Source of the DNA: Octopus sinensis
Taxonomy: Eukaryota
DNA: 24,532 nt
Assembly (NCBI RefSeq): GCF_006345805.1
Contig: NW_021836684.1
Coordinates: 1 to 24,532, forward strand
Direction of reading: 5' to 3'
Shown piece by piece: positions 9,299 through 21,149 of the stretch. Within the stretch, counting starts at the first letter, position 1; each line of letters opens with the position of its first letter. Below the pieces are notes generated by a model, which was not told where the DNA came from, searched no databases, and worked only from the letters and a program-made list of their open reading frames with translations. The position numbers were made by a program, and so were the translations under genes.

Positions 9299-9334
9299 CT
9301 CTGACGTTTCAGACATATGGCCATAAATCAGAGG
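9299..9334 (-). ncRNA. Decayed minimal type-I hammerhead-ribozyme-like motif (Penelope-like-element style)
   Basis: Minus strand cct-CTGATTTA-t-ggc-catat-gtc-t-GAAA-CG-TC-agag: GAAACGUC/AG end is typical of minimal hammerheads, stem II ggc/gtc; the CUGANGA core is mutated. Confidence 0.4.
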
Positions 9335-9506
9335 AAAGATGGAAGGGGAGAATGCATGGCAACAGTGTACAGAGAAAGGTATACAACCCAGATGAGAAAA
9401 CAGTCAAATATGTTTGTGTGTGAGCATGTGTGTGAGCGTGGATGTATGTGTGTGTATGTGCGTGTACGTATATATACATGTATATTTATACGTACGCTCA
9501 CGCAAG

Positions 9507-9552
<46 letters not shown>

Positions 9553-9770
9553 ATATATATATATGAGCAGGTGTATAGGTTTGTGTTTGAGCACGTTTGT
9601 ATTTGTATAAGAGTACTTTAACACCGTACTTCTCTGGATACATGAATGTCATATGCATAAATATAAGACAAATTAATACATACATACATACAAACATACA
9701 TACACACACAAATACAATCACACACAAACACACTCACTCATGCACTCAATCACGCACACACACACATACT

Positions 9771-9928
9771 GTTTTTATCAAAGCTACGAAAACAACAAAG
9801 CTGTTACACAGAGTTTCATGTTTCCGCTCGTTGGACATTTGTGATCAAGCTTTACAACCGTCCGACGAACGGAAACGTGAAACTCTGCGTAACAATATTT
9901 TGATGTTTTTGCAGCTTCAGTAAAAAAT
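9771..9928. repeat. Imperfect fold-back (~160 nt) carrying two inverted hammerhead-like motifs
   Basis: Core arms 9802-9836 and 9860-9894 are reverse complements with 4 transitions in 35 nt; similarity extends outward (aagctacgaaaacaacaaa / tttgatgtttttgcagctt) and inward (ttgtga/ttacaa). Confidence 0.9.
9860..9894 (+). ncRNA. Minimal type-I hammerhead-ribozyme-like motif (probably inactive in this copy)
   Basis: gt-CCGACGA(9862-68)-acg-gaaa-cgt(stem II)-GAAA(9879-82)-ctc-t-gcg-TA^-ac; predicted GUA cleavage after 9891; U4C core variant, stem III mismatch, stem I only 2 bp. Confidence 0.6.
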
Positions 9929-9967
9929 CACATTGCGTTACCTTGATTTGCATCCATATGCTTACAC

Positions 9968-10020
<53 letters not shown>

Positions 10021-10364
10021 GATACATAATCAGAACATATCAACACACGCCTGCGTACCTACTTACACACCTCTATTCACGCACCTATAAAGGCATATAA
10101 ATCTAAATTTAAAAACCCTTCACACACACACACACACGGCATACATTTACATTTAAAATAAACAATCTGCTTTAATCCCAAGGGTGAGAAAGAATTAGCA
10201 CTGCACAGTTGAAGCTAATTATAATGTCTGTAATGAAATACAATGTTTTCACTCAGACGTCTCAACACGTCTGGAGTTGGCTACAAACATCTCTCTCACA
10301 ATATCACCATCTCTCTCTTCTCTCTCTTTAATTTTAATTTCCATTGTTTTGTTATTGCTACTTT

Positions 10365-10380
10365 TGTTGTTGTTGTTGTT

Positions 10381-10413
<33 letters not shown>

Positions 10414-10456
10414 GTTGTTATTATTATTAATATTATTATTATTATTATTATTATTA

Positions 10457-10517
<61 letters not shown>

Positions 10518-10530
10518 TTTTTTTTTTTGT
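10365..10530. repeat. (GTT)n/(ATC)n/(ATT)n microsatellite
   Basis: Direct reading. Confidence 0.97.
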
Positions 10531-10794
10531 AGTTGCAGTTTTATTATGCTTATTTATATATATATATTTTTTTTTTATCAGAGACGATAAAAGGTTCGTC
10601 TTTGTTTAGATAATAGCTTATTTTTATTTTATTTTATGATTCAGTTTAGAAATGAAACGTAAGCTCTAAATTATCTGATGAAAATATATATTATTTAAGT
10701 ACTTTAATCGATCAACAATAATTTAAGCAAATCATCCCATAGACATATAATTATCAGATATATACACAAACATACGTTCATAATACATAATTAC

Positions 10795-10884
10795 AAATAC
10801 ATACATATGTGTGTGTGTGTGTGTGTGTGTATACACACACACACATAAATATATATATATTATATATATATATATATATATATC

Positions 10885-10917
<33 letters not shown>

Positions 10918-11230
10918 TATGGATATATCCATAGTGATATTATACAAATAGTATATGAGTATATAATACATATAAAAATATAGATATATATTTATATGTA
11001 TATATAGATTTGTATACGTATATATAATTAAATGTATGTATAGTTATATACATAATTATATATATATATATATACATACATATAAATTTTATATATATGT
11101 ATATATACATATAAATATTATATATATACACTAAATTAAACGTCTATATACATATAAGATTAAGCTTATATATATATGTATATGTATATAAAAACACGCA
11201 ACACAGATATATACTCACACACACACATAC
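10795..11230. repeat. (TG)n/(TA)n-rich microsatellite tract
   Basis: Direct reading. Confidence 0.95.
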
Positions 11231-11394
11231 GCATTTAATTTTTCGTTCCAAGTGAACAACAGAAATAAAACATTATCAGTGAAAGATATATAAATATTGA
11301 AAATAAGTGGAGAGATAAATAAACACATAGAAAATCGGCGGATTTTGAAAGCCAGACAAATAGAGAAATTAATAACTAAACAAGAGGAAGTATT

Positions 11395-11396
11395 GA

Positions 11397-11427
<31 letters not shown>

Positions 11428-11505
11428 TGTTATGATCATCATCATTGCAGTTGTTGTTGTTATTGTTATTGTTATCGTTATCATCATCATCATTATTATT
11501 ATTTA
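11395..11505. repeat. (ATT)/(ATC)/(GTT) microsatellite
   Basis: Direct reading. Confidence 0.95.
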
Positions 11506-11739
11506 TTTTTGTTTTCGAATGTGATTGTGTGTTTGTGTTCGTGGATGTGTTTGGGTGTTTGTCTATTTGTCTTTTTGTTCTGTCTTTCTAATCAAGACTT
11601 GGATCAATAAAACAATTAGAACGTAATATTTTTGATTAATCTATAAATCACACATTTGATTTCAATAAAAAAAAGAAAATGTCTGTCAGCAGATAGATAG
11701 ATGTACTGACATAGGTTACTTTATACATACAAACACACA

Positions 11740-11925
11740 ATATATATGAGTGTATGCCTGTACGTATATGCGTGCGTGTGTCTATATGTACTTATATGTA
11801 CGAATGCACGCATGTATATATATATATATATATAAACATACTCTCACACACAAATATATACATAATCATAATCATATACAGAAATATGTATGCATATATC
11901 TATGCATTCATACACACACATACGC

Positions 11926-11973
<48 letters not shown>

Positions 11974-12150
11974 ACTACATATATAACTGCTCCATATAAA
12001 TGTAAACGCACGAATACATACATACACAAATGTACAATTACAAATAAATATAAACATACACACACACATACACACCACATACACACCACACCGTGCGCAC
12101 TACACACATGCACACCACACGCACCTACACAAACACACACTCACAAACGC
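11740..12150. repeat. Degenerate (TA)n/(CA)n microsatellite tract
   Basis: Direct reading. Confidence 0.92.
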
Positions 12151-12588
12151 GCGTTAATTCATTAATGTGTTTTGTCTTATATATTTATGGTTTAACTATT
12201 GTGATATCAAATCGAAATTTGCTTCCATTATCTCAGTTGACCAGAAATATTGTGTGATGTAGAGAATTGGTTTGGAATAGCTTGGAATGGCTTTTCATTT
12301 TATTTAAATTACTAATCATCATCATCATTCGTATGTGGGATGAATCTGATCCTCGGTTTCAAATTCCGATTCTCTTTCGTACTTCGGGCATTTCGCTGAA
12401 GTTATGAATGGAACCTCGCTCTTATGAATGAAACTGGAAGCATTGTAATGATTCACAGTCTAACAATTGTTGACGTAAGTTAAATGTTATTATGCGTAAC
12501 CAATAAAGCATTTTAACGATATATTTTCGCCTTTTTTATATTTTGGTATTTTAACTTGTCACAGCATTGAGGGTATTTTAGGCAACAG

Positions 12589-12818
12589 GGCGGCGAGCAG
12601 GCAGAATCGTTCGCAAGCCGGGCGAAATGCTTAGCGGTATTTCGTCTGCCGCTACGTTCTGAGTTTAAATTCCACCGAGGTCGACTTTGCCTTTCATCCT
12701 TTCGGGGTCGATTAAATAAGTACCAGTTACGCACTGGAGTCGATATAATCGACTTAATTCGTTTGTCTGTCCTTGTTTGTCCCTTCTGTGTTTATCCCCT
12801 TGTGGGTAGTAAAGAAAT
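12589..12818 (+). mobile_element. Full-length family B SINE with 17-bp TSD
   Basis: Colinear with 1560-1790; TSD gggtattttaggcaaca at 12571-12587 and 12819-12835. Confidence 0.92.
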
Positions 12819-12877
12819 GGGTATTTTAGGCAACATATCGATTCAAATACTTATTTATATTCGTTTGATATTTACTA

Positions 12878-12965
12878 TAATCGCCTCTCTGCCGAACCAC
12901 GAAGTTACGAGGACGTAAATAAACCAACACCGTTTGTCAAGCGGTATAGTGACAAATAGACACAA
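12878..12965 (-). mobile_element. Family A SINE tail remnant
   Basis: Reverse complement ccgcttgacaaacggtgttggtttatttacgtcctcgtaacttcgtggttcggcagagaggcgat aligns with 16365-16430. Confidence 0.75.
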
Positions 12966-12984
12966 CGGTGCGCTGTATGTGGAG

Positions 12985-13200
12985 TTGTATTCACGACTAA
13001 AAGCAAGAGCCAAATATCCTTCAAGTCGCACTAAATTGTCCTAAAAATGAACAGAGGATAAAGTAGTCCAAGATATACAATGCTAAAGAAAAGAATGGTG
13101 ATTACTCGAATATCCTTTAACCATAGGTCTTCTTCTTCAGACAGAGATAGTTTAGAGCTTGAGTGTCATATATAGGACTGAACCACAATTAATACTGCTT
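12985..13200 (+). mobile_element. Diverged interspersed-repeat remnant (probable SINE body/tail)
   Basis: gactaaaagcaagagccaaatatccttcaa...gtagtccaagata...ccataggtct resembles a common octopus repeat as I recall it; no second copy in the window. Confidence 0.35.
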
Positions 13201-13829
13201 TATTTAACATTGATTATACGATAGACAAACTGCATTCAGGTTAGGACAGCAGTCTCTTGTATGCCATTCTCACAGAAAGTCACAACTCCTCTCTCTTAAC
13301 TACAATATTTCCACAGCAATATTAAATATATGTTTATTAGGCGCATTTTACATCTGAAATGGTGTATCTACGTGTATGTACGTATGCGTGTGTATGTGTG
13401 TATATACGTATGAACAATAAAACCACAGCCGTTATTCACAAACAAGTTTGACCCAAAAGCATGCGTCATGCTCCTATCAAATGTTTTAAATGACATTGCA
13501 GTTGCGAGCAGAGACAACCTCGTGGCATCAAGGTTGAATCCGAGGAATCATCCAGAATATGTGAACAGGTGTTCTTATTTTTAGGTGTTCTTATTTTTAG
13601 CGGAGTATAATGGAGCAATATTGAAATGAATTGGCTTGATCAAAGACGCAGCGAGTCATTTGGTCCAGGAATGAAACCCATACTCCTACTATCATCAGCC
13701 AAAGAGCTCATCGACAAGGCCACGTGTCTTCTATCTATCTATCTCTCTTTCTCACACACACAAATACTTGCATGTACGTACACACACGTGCAAACACACA
13801 TACGCACACAAATATAAACACATACCTGG

Positions 13830-14155
13830 TAGATGCAGAATGGTCGAATGCTTAGAAGTTTACTTTGCAGCCATGATTCCTGGCTTTGATGCCAAGGTGG
13901 AATTTTGGACTGATGTTCTTTTATATAACCTTCGACAAATCTATACCTTGAGTGAGAAGGAGAATATGTAGAAGCACGTGGGGTGAATCGTGACTGTAAT
14001 TCACAGACATTATCTACCGCAGAATTAGGTTAAGAGTATACGTGTCTGTGGAATACTCAGCCACTTACAGGCTGATTCAGGAGCAGAAAAATTCGATTGA
14101 CGGAACATCTGAATCCTCATTCTCAAATGACAGAGATCCGGTGATCCACCAAACC
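13830..14155 (+). mobile_element. Diverged tRNA-derived SINE-like remnant (family E)
   Basis: Weak A/B-box-like head (gcagaatggtcgaatg...gctttgatgcc) and body gttaagagtatacgtgtctgtggaatactcagccactt resembling a common octopus repeat from memory; no second copy in the window. Confidence 0.4.
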
Positions 14156-14544
14156 AACAACCAACTAAACATGCAGACAAACACACATACACACATATAT
14201 ACACACGCACACGCGCACACACGCGCACACACACGCACACACACGCACACACATTTACATATAGAAATATACACATGCATGCACTAGCGCGCGCACACAC
14301 AAACTTAGAATGATAGAGGAAAAGATTGATAGCAATGTGTAAGGATATTTTGGTCGGTCTGAATTTAGTAGCAAAATTTCATTGAGTTACAATTTGATTT
14401 GCACCCTCTGTAATCATTTATCATTTATGATTAATCATTAATCAAGACTCAGTACAAAGACCTCTGAAATCATTTACTGAGTATTAAGCGCTTCACTTAG
14501 TTGTCAGCCATCTTGGATTTAGCTGATAGCGTACATTAGAAAAA

Positions 14545-14551
14545 ACACAAA

Positions 14552-14590
<39 letters not shown>

Positions 14591-14645
14591 GTGACTTTAA
14601 TATCATAGATATATGTTTATGTGGATTTGTATGTATGTACGTGTA

Positions 14646-14680
<35 letters not shown>

Positions 14681-14810
14681 ACACACATACATACACACAC
14701 ATACACAGATATATACTATATCGTTTTACATACATACATATGTGTGTGTTTGTGTGTGTATGTGTTTGTGTGTGTATGTGTGTGTGGTGTGTGTGTGCGT
14801 GTGTGTGTGA
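14545..14810. repeat. (TA)n/(CA)n/(TG)n microsatellite
   Basis: Direct reading. Confidence 0.95.
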
Positions 14811-16135
14811 ATAAGCAGGTATATATGTATAACATATTTCGCAAGATTAAGTGAGAAGATATTAGGAAAAGTAAAAACAGAGAGACGGCGGCACTGGCAA
14901 CACCAGGAGCGGCAACGGTGAGAATGCGAGAGTAATTTAGTTAGAGACACTTCAATTATGTATACAGCATTAAAGGGTGACAGAAGAGATATTTCAACCA
15001 CCAAGTATAAAATATTACTAAAAATGGTCCTGTGTTTCTTTGGGTTGGGACCGAAGGCAGACGATGGAGGAAAGAAAGAGAGAAAGAAAGCAAAATGTTT
15101 AGTCAGAAGAAAAGAGGGAGAGTCGGAAAGTATTTGAAGAAATGTGTTTGAAGGAAAGCGTAGGAAAGGGAGAGGGAGAGAGAGAGAGAGAGAGAGAGTG
15201 AGGAGGTACTTTTGCATTTCTGAAGACAATGATGACTTTTATTATCGTCTTCTTTTAGTAACATTTTTAGCTTACTTATCACTGCCAAACGTGAACATAC
15301 ATACATGCATGCACACGCACACACACACACACATACACACACATACGCTCACACACATATATCTAATGAGCATATATATATATATAAATTATATATATAT
15401 ATATATGTATATATATAATTTATTTATAAATAATTTTGGTTGGGTGATCAAGAAATAAAGAGTATTTAAGAGTGATTATATAATATATCTTCCTTAATTT
15501 TGAATTTATCTGTTTGTGTGTGTGTGTGTGTGTGTACACCGAAGTATGTGTATGCCTTTGCATAGATAAAAATGTTTTCATGAATGTTTGAAGCGAGACT
15601 CGAAACTTTTGTTGAAAAAGAAAAATGATGCAGCACGGACTTTTGTCAGTGAACCGGTCGTGGTTTCAAAGCGACGAAAATATTTTGACAAATTAAATTT
15701 AAATGTTGAAGGGAATCTAATGGATTTTCTTAAATGTTTCTTAAATGGCTTATGAACACCTTCCACGTTGCAAAAATATTTTTGTTACCGGCAAAACAAC
15801 TTCATAACGCAAACAATAACATCAAAAGTAGCATGAACAACTATAAGAATATCAGTAACATGAAATGCTAACAACTACCGGAACAACAAACATATTTAGA
15901 ATCATATCAACCATTTGACGGATATGTTTTGCATTCAAAGACACAACGAAACATGGATCTATCATTCTATCTAACTGTCTGTCTATATATACCTTTATCT
16001 CTCACTATTGAGTAAGTGTGAATGAGACAGATATACATGCAGAAAATGTTTATGACTGTGTGCCATCATCATCATCATCATCATCGCCGCAAGCAAAGTT
16101 TCTTTAAGATGTAGCCACAGGAATGGCTGTGTGGC

Positions 16136-16537
16136 AGGCGCAGAAGTGGCTGTGTGGTAAGTAGCTTGCTTACGAAGTACATGGTTCTGGGTTCAGTCTC
16201 ACTGCGTGGCACCTTGGGCAAGTGTCTTCTACTATAGCCTCGGGCTGATCAAAGCCTTGAGTGAATTTGGTAGACGTAAACTGAATGAAGCATATATATA
16301 TATATCTATGTATGAATGCGTGTATATGTTTGTGTGTGCGTGTGTGTGTGTGTGTCCCAACATCGCTTGGCAACCGATGCCGGTGTGTTTATGTCCCCGT
16401 AACTTAGCGGTTCGGCAAAAGAGACCGATAGAATAAGTACTAGGTTTACAACGAATGTCCCGGTGTCGATTTGCTCGACTAAAGGCCGTGCTCCAGCATG
16501 GCGGCAGTCAAAATGGCTGAAACAAGTAAAAGAATAC
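16136..16537 (+). mobile_element. Full-length CORE-type SINE (family A) with internal (TA)/(TG) microsatellite
   Basis: aggcgcagaagtggctgtgtggtaag...gggttcagtctc...accttgggcaagtgtcttct...(TA)(TG)...gtaacttagcggttcggcaaaagagaccgatagaataagtact...ctgaaacaagtaaaagaata. Confidence 0.92.
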
Positions 16538-16589
16538 TTACGTACATTTATGCAAAAACATATACACACTCATGCACTTTTATACAAAC

Positions 16590-16712
16590 ATACATACATG
16601 TATGTTTGTATGTATGTATGTATGTATGTATGTATGTGTGTATGTATGTATGTGTGTATGTATGTATGCATAAATTTATGTATGTTTGTATGTATGTATG
16701 TATGTATGTATG

Positions 16713-16773
<61 letters not shown>

Positions 16774-16791
16774 GTTCTGCTGTCTGTCTGG

Positions 16792-16857
<66 letters not shown>

Positions 16858-16905
16858 ATCTATCTATCTATCAATCTAGCTATCTATTATATATATGTAT
16901 ATATA
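16590..16905. repeat. (ATGT)n(ATCT)n(GTCT)n tetranucleotide microsatellite
   Basis: Direct reading; counterpart at ~18075-18390. Confidence 0.97.
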
Positions 16906-17622
16906 TAATTTTTTATAAATAATTTGGGTTGGGTGATCAAGAAATAAAGAGTATTTAAGAGTGATTATATAATATATCTTCTTAATTTTGAATTTATCCA
17001 TTGTTTGTGTGTGTGTGTGTGTGTGTACACCGAGTATGTGTATGCCTTTGCATAGATAAAAATGTTTTCATGAATGTTTGAAGCGAGACTCGAACTTTTG
17101 TTGAAAAAGAAAAATGATGCAGCACGGACTTTTGTCAGTGAACCGGTCGTGGTTTCAAAGCGACGAAAATATTTTGACAAATTAAATTTAATGTTGAAGG
17201 GATCTAATGGATTTTCTTAAATGTTTCTTAAATGGCTTATGAACACCTTCCACGTTGCAAAAATATTTTTGTTACCGGCAAAACAACTTCATAACGCAAA
17301 CAATAACATCAAAAGTAGCATGAACAACTATAAGAATATCAGTAACATGAAATGCTAACAACTACCGGAACAACAAACATATTTAGAATCATATCAACCA
17401 TTTGACGGATATGTTTTGCATTCAAAGACACAACGAAACATGGATCTATCATTCTATCTAACTGTCTGTCTATATATACCTTTATCTCTCACTATTGAGT
17501 AAGTGTGAATGAGACAGATATACATGCAGAAAATGTTTATGACTGTGTGCCATCATCATCATCATCATCATCGCCGCAAGCAAAGTTTCTTTAAGATGTA
17601 GCCACAGGAATGGCTGTGTGGC

Positions 17623-18020
17623 AGCGCAGAAGTGGCTGTGTGGTAAGTAGCTTGCTTACGAAGTACATGGTTCTGGGTTCAGTCTCACTGCGTGGCACCT
17701 TGGGCAAGTGTCTTCTACTATAGCCTCGGGCTGATCAAAGCTTGAGTGAATTTGGTAGACGTAAACTGAATGAAGCATATATATATATATCTATGTATGA
17801 ATGCGTGTTAATGTTTGTGTGTGCGTGTGTGGTGTTGTGTCCCAACATCGCTTGGCAACCGATGCCGTGTGTGTTTATGTCCCCGTAACTTAGCGGTCGG
17901 CAAAAGAGACCGATAGAATAAGTACTAGGTTTACAACGAATGTCCCGGTGTCGATTTGCTCGACTAAAGGCCGTGCTCCAGCATGCGGCAGTCAAAATGG
18001 CTGAAACAAGTAAAAGAATA
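17623..18020 (+). mobile_element. Duplicate of the family A SINE at 16136 (second tandem copy)
   Basis: Colinear, differing mostly by 1-nt deletions. Confidence 0.92.
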
Positions 18021-18195
18021 AATACGTACATTTATGCAAAAACATATACACACTCATGCACTTTTATATACAAACATACATACATGTATGTTTGTATGTA
18101 TGTATGTATGTATGTATGTATGTGTATGTATGTATGTGGTGTATGTATGTATGCATAAATTTGTATTTTTGTATGTATGTATGTATGTATGTATG

Positions 18196-18354
<159 letters not shown>

Positions 18355-18494
18355 AATCTAGCTATCTATTATTATATATGTATATATATTTACTGAAATT
18401 TACTCTTCTGTTACTGAGATGGAGTTGGGGGGGGGGTCAGCAAAAAATGTGATCCATACAATGAGAGATAAATATCATTTGATATATAGTAGTC

Positions 18495-18624
18495 AAATTC
18501 GAGCAACTATTAGATTCATGTCGTGTATGTGAACCCGAAAGATTGCTAGGAAACGAGGCTTGATATATAATCTTGCCAGTTTATTGTGTTTTCACAGCAT
18601 GAAAACTGATAGTAGCTCGAATTT
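18495..18624. repeat. Short inverted-repeat-bounded element (MITE-like)
   Basis: aaattcgagcaactat (18495-18510) versus reverse complement of 18609-18624, aaattcgagctactat: 15/16; weaker inward extension (ttcatg..gtg). Confidence 0.5.
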
Positions 18625-18639
18625 AAATATTGTGCGTAT

Positions 18640-18670
18640 ATACATACATGCATAAACACATACAACATAC

Positions 18671-18701
<31 letters not shown>

Positions 18702-18704
18702 CAT

Positions 18705-18740
<36 letters not shown>

Positions 18741-18801
18741 TACATATGGATATATTTATGTATGTATATTATATATATATGTATTAATCAATATTAGGGT
18801 T

Positions 18802-18835
<34 letters not shown>

Positions 18836-18910
18836 CACACAGACATTATATATATATATATGTATGCATGTATGTATTATGTATGTATGTATATGTATGC
18901 ATGTATATGA
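18640..18910. repeat. (TA)n/(ATGT)n microsatellite tract
   Basis: Direct reading. Confidence 0.95.
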
Positions 18911-19509
18911 GTGAGAGAGTGAAAGGAGAGCAAGTGAGAGGAAGGAGAGAGTGGAAGGGATTGAGAATAAAAAGTGGGGAAGCATGAGAATGATATAGTT
19001 GTGGAATCTATATTGTGGAAATAAAATAAGATAAAAAACATGAAGCACGCCCGTTCTCCTCTCTGTACAAAAGAGAATGAATTGGAAAGAAAGAAAGTAA
19101 TACGAATGTTAGATTAACATTTTTGGTGTTTTTTTTTTACTGTACATATAAGAGAGTATGATAAAGTAGAATAATTAGAGGCGATATAGATGTGACGGAG
19201 TATTTCTTGAGACAGGTGCCATATTGGAACGATTTGTTAAATACACTTGTTGATAAAAAAACCGTAATAGCAACAATGCCAACCAAAACAAGAACAACAA
19301 TAATCTGTTGTACTTTTTTTTGTCTGATTAAAAACTTATAGCACAGGGACAAACACAATGGCGACGACGGCGAAGACGATGAGGTTGTTTCTTTTTGTGT
19401 TTGTTGTTGTTGATGGTGATGATGAAGAAGTGGAGGAGGAGGAGGAGGAGGAGAATGGCGGATCGTACTGTTGGTGATGAAGGTCGAGTACAGATTTTGA
19501 AGACACACA

Positions 19510-19572
19510 CAAAAATACACATACACACGCGCGCACACACACAAGCACATACACATATATATACATACATAT

Positions 19573-19631
<59 letters not shown>

Positions 19632-19870
19632 GTATATGTATACACATAATTAGATGGTAAACGTTTTTCATTTTCATTCCTTTCGAGAATTTATACCCTA
19701 ATTAGTGGTTTGAGTTTTCTACTGCTCTTTCTAGCACAAGGCTTTCCTATTTGGAAGCCTCTTAATGTGTTTTAATGTACACGATATTTTTATGTGAATA
19801 TATATATCTATATATATGTATATATATATATGTATGTATGTATGTATGTGTATGTATGTATGTATGTATG

Positions 19871-19900
<30 letters not shown>
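19510..19900. repeat. (CA)/(TA) tract (19510-19650) and (TA)/(ATGT)n tract (19795-19900)
   Basis: Direct reading. Confidence 0.9.
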
Positions 19901-19901
<1 letters not shown>

Positions 19902-20019
19902 TTACACATACACATAATGATTTTAGATCAACATTATAATCAGCTCCAACAAATTTATCACAACAATGAACTCTATAATGTCATTATCCCAAAATGTTAT
20001 AAATGAATAAAAAAAAAGT

Positions 20020-21050
20020 CATAAATTACAACTATCCACAGAATAGGCCTGGAATTTTGGAGGATGGTGCGTCTTGACAGCTAAAATCTGACACAGGTGG
20101 TTTATTCCATACTTCGACAATTTTGAGTGTGAAAACTTTTTCCAAATATGATGAGGGCTGCGATTTTCCCTTTTAGCTATAAGTATGTTCACGACTGATT
20201 GAGACATTGAATTTAAAAAATGTTGCTGTTGCAGAAATGAGAAGTAATTTTGTGGGCTTCTATAAAGTCAGCAGCTACATGTTGAAACTGTAATGGGCCA
20301 ATGTCCAGAGAAGCAATACATTTAATCAAAGGGTATTCGCACGGCTGCAGGTCATTGGGAAGTTCCAAATAGATCGACAGTGAGGTCAAGACGTGGATTT
20401 CAGACTGGTGCTGCAAATTGTAACTCTAGATGTATTATATTTCTTCATAGCTTCAAACAGATGGCTGTAGCTGGTGAACTGCTGACAAAAATCTTATTTA
20501 TTGATACTAAGACACCTTGTCCTTTTTAAAGATTTTAGATGTTGGTTCGTCCAATGCAAATAATACACCCGTTTCGTTCACCAGCAAACTTCTTCTGGTT
20601 CATGTGAAGAGTGGGTAGGTAAATTCTGCTGCTTCCATCTCAAAAATATATCTCACTTGTTTACAACCGGTTTCAGTTACCACTCGGCATCCAATTGCTG
20701 TTTTATGTTCAGGCCAGGTTGCAGCAAAGATCTAGAGAGTACAAATTTCTTTTTTTTTATTGTCTCAAGGAACATCTTATTGTCGTCTCCGTGTTTTAAC
20801 ACAGTAACCATTTTCAGTTGACATCTCTTGCATTAATGTATGCAACAAAAGTAAGGGACAGATAATAGATCTGCAGGACACCAAATGTCATCGAATCATG
20901 TGAAGGATGTCATCCCAGTAACGTTACTGCTTCTTTTTGACCGAGAATGAAGGACTTCAACCGGATTATAAAGATTAGCCTTCACAACCATTGAAGAGAG
21001 CTTCACCATTAGTCGTTTGTGTGATGCAGAATCAAAAGCTAGAACCTAAT
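20020..21050 (-). mobile_element. CR1-clade LINE relic: C-terminal half of reverse transcriptase through the ORF2 3' end, 5'-truncated and heavily decayed
   Basis: Frameshifted minus-strand pieces LAFDSASHKRLMVKLSSM (cf. KAFDSVPHxRL), LKSFILGQKEAVT...MTFGVLQ...LTFVAYIN (cf. SGVPQGS...LFxxYIN), TVLKHGDDNKMF (YADD box, 20782-20793), VAADFIEAHKI (cf. RRxxxDLxxxxKI), SREHTYS...KVFTLKIVEVWNKPP (cf. TRGH...FFSxRVxxxWNxLP). Confidence 0.9.
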
Positions 21051-21149
21051 GTTTGACTGTTATTTTTTTTAATCAAAACACAGACTGCAAAAGAGCAAGA
21101 AGGAGCAAAAGAGCACGATATTTATTCAGACGATCTAATGATTTGCCAA

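Noticed and set aside
10640-10700. gaaacg...ctgatga resembling a permuted hammerhead
   Set aside because: No stem II or stem III pairing; chance match in AT-rich DNA.
14880-14925. Micro-exon candidate ending CAACG|GTGAGA
   Set aside because: Decayed GGC/GCA triplet repeat with a purine-rich upstream region and no acceptor.
14726-15229. 167-aa minus-strand ORF with a hydrophobic stretch
   Set aside because: The antisense of a purine-rich, (GA)n-containing tract is naturally stop-poor; no splice signals or motifs.
19360-19500. ORFs rich in R/M/V or S/H/P around 19.4 kb and E/R around 21.2 kb
   Set aside because: Degenerate trinucleotide repeats readable in several frames on both strands.
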